This document shows positions 56,274 to 64,000 of a stretch of 64,000 bases of DNA, one piece after another (positions within the stretch are counted from its first letter, which is position 1; the number at the start of each line of letters is the position of its first letter). This stretch comes from Ruditapes philippinarum. Taxonomy: Eukaryota. The notes below the pieces were generated by a model that was given only the letters and a program-made list of their open reading frames with translations, made no database searches and was not told the DNA's origin. The stretch is from contig NW_026863466.1 of the NCBI RefSeq assembly GCF_026571515.1, positions 186,001-250,000 of the forward strand, written 5' to 3'. Position numbers and translations under genes: made by a program.

Positions 56274-56779
56274 ATGTTTTCTAAAAAATACCGGTTTATG
56301 AAACGTAAGACAGTGTGGATATTAGTTCTCGTGGTTTTAATAATATTCGTATTAGTTGCTAGTAACTTCAAAGTTTACAATGTTATTTTAAATTCTGTAT
56401 TTGATATACCGTTTAAAAGTTTGATTAGAAAAGCCTCAAGTGATGCTTGGTTCGATAATACAGCAGTTCCCGGAGACAAAGTTAAACGGCCTGTATTGGA
56501 TAATTCTTTGGTTAACGGAGTTTGTCGAGGAAAACTAGATAAAACACAGATCGGCCAAGATGGGTCTTGGCAACCGATAGACAAATCTTTGACAATGTTT
56601 GTTATTTCAGCATATTATATTAATACTGAGAAAAAGCTATTTATCATTGGTGCAAAACCAATGCATAAAGTCACTGTTATTTGCCAACTGTGGACAATAC
56701 AGGACGTAACTGGTGAAATAAAAATGCGGGAAACTGATGCTATTGTCGGAACACCAAACGACCCGGCCGGACCATCACC
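56274..56779 (+). CDS. GT92-family glycosyltransferase, copy 2, coding exon 1 of 2
   Basis: Paralog of 26379..26896 with an in-frame 12-nt indel (GDKVEHLRERP versus GDKVKRP). Donor ATCACC|GTAAAT at 56779/56780, phase 2. Confidence 0.9.
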
Positions 56780-57709
56780 GTAAATACTTTATACCATATC
56801 ATTTGAACTATATTAGTTATATAATAAAATATTAACATTAAAGACTTATTATGGCTTATAAACGAATATTATCATTCTTTAGAACGGGCAACATAAGTTT
56901 TATAACGTTTATATAAACGTTTCAGAGTAGAAAGTAGCTCTGATTTTTTTTGTCATAAAGATCGAAAGAAAACAAAGTAGTTAACAAAGTTAACAAAGTA
57001 GTATTTTTATTTCCATAAAATTACTAGTTCATTTTAAAGCTGAATGCCTTCAGATGAGCCAAACCTGTTTCGAGGAAATCAACCGTAAGCAAAATGTACT
57101 AAGATTTTAAGAAAGAAAAAATATTTAAGGTGCCGTTTGCAATGTGTTAATTACACTCTTTGTTCACTTAACACTATTTTACTTTCAAAATAAGCATAAA
57201 TCCGATTTAAGAAACTTGTCAATAAGACACTTTTTGGAAAATATCATAGGACATCAAAAAAAATAAAATCTTTTCAGGAATATAAATAAAAAAGTTACTT
57301 GGACATAATGGGTCTTAAACCTTTAATCTGCTGACGGTAACGTATTCTACTCATGCAACCAACGCAAACCAATATAAGCTCGAACATCCATACCATTTCA
57401 TCACTGACTGCACCTTTTATCTTATTCAGATAGTATATTCATTCAGTAAGTAGTACATTTCCATAAAATGTTGAATGATTTTGTCCATATTTAAAAGCCC
57501 ACCCAAGGAAATAAGCGTAGCATATCAGCACAAGCGTTATTATAGTAAATTACGCTTATTTGAATCGTTACTATCTAAGTTTAAGTTGTCTCAGAAAACA
57601 TTAATGTAATAATATTGAATTTTGCGCACACAATTCATGAATACTTGGACTTAATTTCGTAGAGCTGTGTTCCATCGTTTGACAATTCGAGTTTTTGGGA
57701 TTACAACTC

Positions 57710-58040
57710 ACGCGATACATCCGATCGTGTAATATCATCTTACAAATAAGCCCAAGCTATACCAACCGATAACTCATGTGAAATTATCTTAGAAAATCAA
57801 CCCAAGCGAAACAACCGATCAGATTAATTCGCTCATACAATACTATCTCACAAATTAACGAAAGCGATACAACCGATCAGAATATTACACTCTTATAATA
57901 TTATCTCACAAATCAACACAAGCGATACATCCGATATCTCATGAAAATATATACAACGATTCAGAATAACATACACATGCTGTATTTGTTTACAAAATCA
58001 ACACAACCTATCAAAATAATACACTCATTAAGTATCATCT
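57710..58040 (+). repeat. Paralogous intronic 58-bp minisatellite with fewer units
   Basis: AAGCGATACAACCGAT-type units repeated about 5-6 times. Confidence 0.8.
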
Positions 58041-58184
58041 TGTATTATAATGTTACAAAATACCTAAAGCAATAATACACCCATGTTATAGTATCTTTTG
58101 TATCTTACACGTTTGATATAGTAGTTTCATTATACATTTTTGAGTATTATACTGAATTCTAGTATATTATACATAAATACCATG

Positions 58185-58455
58185 CATAGACTTGTAATCT
58201 CGGCGTTGTGAGTTCAATTCCCGGACTGGCGAACTGATTACTAATCAGTATTTTTGATGAGACTTTAAATTGAGGTCCAGTATTTGAGTGCTTAAACACT
58301 GGACACGCTTATGAACCAGGAGAAGCTTATTGAATTGGGCCTTCTCTCTGTATATGTATCTTGCACTATCCTCCAAAATCTAAAATGACCTATACTCATC
58401 TGAGGGACTCATATGGGCAACCGGTGGCGAGCATAAGTAAACTAAAAACACACAC
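58185..58455 (+). mobile_element. Deu/Nin-domain SINE-like element in the copy 2 intron (paralog of 29135-29396)
   Basis: GAGTTCAATTCCC...GATGAGACTTTAAATTGAGGTCC...ACACGCTTATGAACCAGG, with (CA)n tail. Confidence 0.65.
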
Positions 58456-59336
58456 TTAAGTGTTTTAAGCAACTGCAACACTACGAAAAATATTAATTGT
58501 CTTTTAGACTGCCGAACGTTTCGGTTTCGACAATTAAGTTTGTGAATCATCTAGTAAAGAGTGAACTTCTTTTCTAACAATATATGGAAGAAATAAACGT
58601 AACGTTATTTGTAATATTACACATCCCAACATACCATTATCTATCATATTAAACATGCTTAAAGGCCCATTATGCCCCATGAATACCTTTATTCTTACTT
58701 GTTAAAAGCTTTCTTATTTTAAGTGTCCCGTTTTAGTTTCAAAGTAACTCATCGGCCAGTTACTCGACCCGTCGTTTGCTTTTGTTGCTAGTTGTTAATA
58801 AGAACGGTTGTAGTGATTCTGTATTTTGTATGGAAGTTGAAATACTATTTCATATTTATATTTTATTTTCTATGACAAATAATTTCACATTCAGCGATAC
58901 TTTGATATCTGACATGATATTCTCTAAAACCGTTATTTAAAGGTTATTTTAATCATGTTCGACCTTTTCTTAGGAGGAATGCTATATTCGTTTCTGACGC
59001 ATAACGTGCTTTTACGTATAAAAGGTTTGCAAATTATTGACCATTGTATATTCATATATTTTTTCTAACAGTTGTAAAATAAGAATGACATCAAGCGATG
59101 AAGACGCGACAACTAATTTCTCCCGGTAGTGGCCTTTTCCAAAATGGAATCGCATTAAGTTAATGTTCTCCTTGGGTTTTCTTAAATTTGATTAATCCTT
59201 TTTACATTTACTTATTTCGTAACTTTTTAGTTAAATCTGATATTGTGTCCGCTAGGAAGTGTTTTTTCTTTTCAAATTCATATCACATGTTACCACGTTG
59301 TATATAAATATACAACAATTTATTATTCTCTTACAG

Positions 59337-60246
59337 GTATACTGCAGTGACGTTTGAATGTAAATTAAATGGTAATGATACGCCATCATTTGTTTCACTG
59401 GCAACACATCCGTGTCAAAACGCTTTGAATCTCCTGAGTATAAAAAATGCCTCAAAAGTCGACACTTACCAACGGCACTTTACGGTTTGTTTGGCGCCAA
59501 TATTCAGCTACAGAAGTGCTCATGAATTCATCGAATGGGTAGAACTCAATCGAATTCTTGGTGTCGACAAAATTATCGTTTATGATTATTCAATATCGGA
59601 AGATGTGAAAAATATTTTGAAATTCTATTCGGAACGCAATTTCTCAGAAATTATTCCATGGAGACTTCCGTTTCCGGTTCAACATCACATTCATTACTTT
59701 GGTCAAACTGTTGCACTGAATGACTGTCTTTTCAGGACTAAGCAAATCTCAGAATTTATGTCAAATATCGACTTGGATGAATACATTATTCCTCATTCGG
59801 GGAATGCTTTCAACTGGACTCAAATGCTGAAAGATCTTGACCAATCGGCGGATGGATTCATTTTCAAAAATACCTTTTTCAGAAAAGAATGGACAAATGA
59901 TGAGGTAGAATTCAAAGGAAAGACAAAGGCCAAACAACTAAAGTTAATAACCTTGAAACATTTTGATCACGAGACAAAGATATATCGCCACATGGACCGT
60001 TCAAAGTATTTTGTTCGGCCATCACGTGTCAATTATATCCTTATACATGAAATCCCCAATGCACGTGTTGTTAAAGTTGCTCAACAAATAGGTTTGCTCC
60101 ACCACTATAGAAACTGGGAGAATTACGAGGATAAACAGCAAAGGGTTAAAGATACTACAGTCCTCGACAAATTTGAAGACGTGCTTATCAACAATGTTGA
60201 ACGCGTATGGAAAGAATTAAAGTTGAAGAATCTAATGATAGAATAA
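59337..60246 (+). CDS. GT92-family glycosyltransferase, copy 2, coding exon 2 of 2; spliced protein 471 aa
   Basis: Acceptor TTCTCTTACAG|G at 59336/59337, in frame with ORF 59347..60246. All GT92 motifs intact, including DLDE. About 16 aa differences from copy 1 in this exon. Confidence 0.92.
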
Positions 60247-60844
60247 AACACTTACTACAGGAAACAAAATTTTACGTCACAATTTAGAGGTTATTTGATG
60301 AAAGTACTTTTGAAACAGAAACAACTTATAAAAGACATTATAATCCTCTACTGGACATTGACTTTCAAAAACGTTTGAAGTGTGTGGAAATATCTGAATT
60401 ATTATTTAGTAATTTCTCATTTAATATTGAAATCGATTTTCCTTTTATAAAATCATATAGTGTTTGTTCACCCTTCAATTTCCGAATTGATGTGTTTGTT
60501 TAGGATTATGCTGTTCTTTTCTAGGCTTAACCTTTTCCTAAAATATATATAATAGTTGGTCGTTATTTGTAAAAAATCCAAATAACTATGCTAAAATCAC
60601 TTGTCAAAATATAAGATGATAATCATTTTAGTTAATATGTTTTTAGTTAAAATGAGTTTTGAAAGGTTACATGGCCCAGTTCAAACGTCAATAAGCTAAT
60701 ACAACATGATCCGCTCCTCCAGTTGTATCAAAAAGGATCATTAATACACGGCCATATGAAATTTCGAAGCTGCATACATGTACCTCCAAATGAGCCGAAA
60801 AATATGCAAGAAAATCAATTTTCAGTAAAATGCACGTAAATAAA

Positions 60845-61142
60845 AAGAAAAGTAGATTAGAATATTTACAATTCAAGTAATAATTTACACGTTTCAGTGA
60901 TGTATTTCAAACACTTAATAAAAAAGTAAATTAGAATATTTACAATTTATGTAATAATTTACACGTTTCAGTGATGAATTTCAAACACTTAATAAAAAAG
61001 TAAATTAGAATATTTACAATTCATGTAATAATTTACACGTTTCAGTGATGTATTTCAAACACTTAATAAAAAAGTAAATTAGAATATTTACAATTCATGT
61101 AATAATTTACACGTTTCATTGATGTATTTCAAACACTTAATA
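60845..61142 (+). repeat. Young tandem repeat, 4 x 74 bp
   Basis: AGTAAATTAGAATATTTACAATTCATGTAATAATTTACACGTTTCAGTGATG... starts at 60851, 60925, 60999 and 61073. Units are near-identical. Confidence 0.92.
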
Positions 61143-63469
61143 TAAAGAGTATCTCTATTGATTTATCGTATCAATATTAAAAGTAAACAGGTATTGTGTT
61201 GCATGTTTCCGAAGACTTTTTTTACAAATTTACAAGACTTGGAATTCCTGGAATAAAGTTATATTATAAAGATTTGTTCTGCATTTTGAAATGTGATAAC
61301 ACTATTACAAACAAATTATATATTGATTGAAATGAAACTGTGCTAGGAATCTATTTTGAAATAAGAATAATATAGCAGCCTAACTATTTGTTAGATTATA
61401 TTTAAGCATATGTAAGGCCAAGGAAATAAAGGAAAGGAAAGGAATCAAATTCAGTTAATGTCATTTCAAAAGTTTTTCATAATTTTTTGAAACGTCTCTC
61501 TTCTGTTGGCCGAAGGATGCAGAAACCAGGCAACATTTTTATTTCTAAAAAGGAATACCAGACATATTCTATTACGTATTTGTCATTATAATTAACAATA
61601 CGAGACGTATTCCATTACAACATACTTGTCAGACAAATAAGTCATCTGTAATAAGCACAATGAACGAGAAACACTGATGTGGCATATTTATCACTTACAT
61701 TTCGTTGACACACATTTCTTTTCGTTTTTAAAATGAATAGGCATTTCTTCTAAACGGATCATCGTAAATTGTGCTAAAACAGAATGGTACTTTCTTAAGG
61801 CGAAAATCTATTTATATGCGATCATAAATATGTTGTCACTTTAAAGTGGAATTTTGATATGACGGGACTGGAACTATTTTTCAAGATTTAAGTCCCATTT
61901 AATATAGGTCTAAACCAATAACTTTTTTTGTCCAGAATTATTATGCTAATTGTAGAAAATGACCTTAAATATTGAAGCACTTTTCACTAAAGTTGCATAC
62001 TTCAAGAAAATAAAACCTTGAGAAAACTGTACTAAAATGTTAAGAAAAGTAAAGAGATTGCAGTAATAATTTACAAGTAGTGCGAGTAAAGGTCGATCTT
62101 GCAGTATTAATTACAATTTTTCTGTTGCGCTACTAATGCAATAAGGGCTATTTTTGCATATTGTGACCTCTAATATACGTGAATTGTAAATTTCTTTTGC
62201 AAATTAAATTAATATCTTTGTTCACTTTACTATATTTTACGTATAGATAAATTTCCAATATTTTCATGGAAATAAGCATGCTGCTTTCAATACGGCTAAA
62301 ATAGCACACTCGTTTGTTGCCTGGTCGTGTGGTGTTTGGATTCATTGAACGCTGCCTTTCCTTGTTGATCTTGTTTTTTTTATATTTTTCAATTGATTTC
62401 TTTTATATTTCTTATACATCTTTTGCATATACGTCTGTTGTAAGTGTCCCAGTTGTAAGAAATACATTTTTATGTTTTTAGGCTTTTTGGACACAGTGAG
62501 TCTCTTTAAAGGTAACTGGTCTATAATTGAAGGTTTGTAATACAATAAGTTATTATGTTGAGTTGATGGTATTATATATTGCATATGACACGAAAGAATT
62601 TTATATGGATGTTGTTGGCAAGTGCGAGATAAACGGTCCGATACTACTTACATTAATATAGTCGATAACTAAATGTTCTAGAACAAAATATTTGACTTCA
62701 ATACAAAACACTAAGTACCAAATCACTTTTACTGTTGCTAAAACGCATAGCTCAGATATATGACCATAGAATAAACTTTTGGAAACTATAGGAGGACACC
62801 ACAGTTTAAATATTTTTCATAAATTGGCTTAATTTGCCTTTAAGGTGTTTTATCTGTTTTATCTATTTGTACGTCTTATCTTAAGAGATTAATTATGCAC
62901 GCAGCAAATTTTTGTTTACAATGTGACTAACTGTAGAGTGTGTTTCACGACATTTATCTGATTGTTAAGGTAATGATTTACCAAGTTGTACTAAGAACAA
63001 GGGCTATTTGTATAATATTGGACCAACAATGAAAGTTATGGCAATAAACTAGATAAGCTATTGTTAAACGTCTTGATAAGACTGTTTGTATTCTTGATTT
63101 CTGTCTAATAGCACGAAGTAAAAAAATCAAATTAATAAATGTTTTTCGTACAAACTCATCTAAAGAAAACAAAAGCAAAAAGTTCAATCCGTATACGAAA
63201 TGACATTTTAAAGACAGTTAACCCAAAGGATGAATACATGTTAATAGATGCTTATAAAGACAGATATACCGTTTTATTGACTGATGAGTATCTTTTATTT
63301 TAATTATTTATTCTTAGGTAGTGGTTTGCCTGCTCGTACTCTGCCTTATGCCTTTCCCTGTTTTTGTTTGGGGTCCTCCTGGGCTCCATGCCACCGACTC
63401 TTGTTACTGGGGGCCTGCCTTTCCTTGATGATCTTGTTTATCATATTTTACGTTCCATCAACACAATAT

Positions 63470-63513
63470 AGGGAAGTGATTTGAAGTTAACGACCTTAAC
63501 TACTCGACCGCTT
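63470..63513 (-). mobile_element. tRNA-derived SINE head fragment within a unit 2-specific insertion (about 63284-63510)
   Basis: Minus strand GCGGTCGAGTAGTTAAGGTCGTTAACTTCAAATCACTT (A-box and D/anticodon-arm-like). A related degenerate head lies at about 832-915(+). Confidence 0.45.
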
Positions 63514-64000
63514 GTTGGCTGTTATAAAAATATGCTTAACCTGTCGTCGATGCCTACATATCTTTTCAATATACTTATGTACAGGACAGGTGGTCTTATC
63601 ACTTTTATGTTGAAGATAATTTATTTTACAACAAAACTTTACAATTGAATTAAAGAAGCGTAATCATTATTTTGAAAGAAAAACACATTGTATATAGACC
63701 TGCATTTCGGTTATGTACGCTGTCGAATTAAAAAATTGATTAAGATTATTTATGACAAAGTAAATATTCTATGTGTCAATCATTTACGATGCATACTTAA
63801 AATATGACACATATCTAATCGATCCAATGATCTGCGAGAGACTGTTTGAGAAACGAAGTGACTGAACATTGTCAGTTTGGTTCCAAAATGAATATGAAAC
63901 GTACCTATGAAGCCATCTTTTTTTAGACCGATTTATCATATTTTTGGCCGTTTTAACTTGAGGCCTATTTAACTTTATACCAATTTAACTGTCATTCCCA

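Larger units (their letters stand above)
56780..59336 (+). other. GT-AG intron of GT92 copy 2 (2557 bp)
   Basis: GTAAAT...CTCTTACAG. Collinear with the copy 1 intron but shorter through several indels. Confidence 0.88.
39589..64000 (+). repeat. Segmental duplication unit 2 (runs off the window end)
   Basis: Shared chance ORFs mark the collinearity (5984 vs 41016, 7275 vs 42723). Lacks about 3.7 kb equivalent to 7525-11233. Confidence 0.9.

Noticed and set aside
63279-63300. CTGATGAG as a possible hammerhead ribozyme core
   Set aside because: No stem II or downstream GAAA core, and the motif straddles an insertion junction.

Overview
AT-rich eukaryotic genomic DNA. Its SINE/MITE content suggests a mollusc, probably a bivalve (inference). 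The only intact protein-coding genes are two paralogous two-exon type II membrane glycosyltransferases of family GT92 (Glyco_transf_92/DUF23, GALT-1-like). Copy 1 is join(26379..26896,30270..31179), 475 aa; copy 2 is join(56274..56779,59337..60246), 471 aa; both use an in-frame phase-2 GT-AG intron. They lie in a large direct segmental duplication (about 4116-34258 versus about 39589-64000+). Bases 1 to about 4100 are an inverted third copy of the upstream region, which predicts a further paralog on the minus strand just outside the window. The rest is decayed repeats: a mariner transposase remnant, tRNA-derived SINEs, a 515-bp MITE with 9-bp TSD, TTAA-associated elements, minisatellites and older nested duplications. 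The most unusual non-coding signal is a dispersed element of about 120-170 bp (9 copies) with two adjacent hairpins whose stems differ between two subfamilies by compensatory changes. Nearly all other ORFs in the track look spurious. Alignments were done by eye, so repeat boundaries are approximate unless a junction is quoted.
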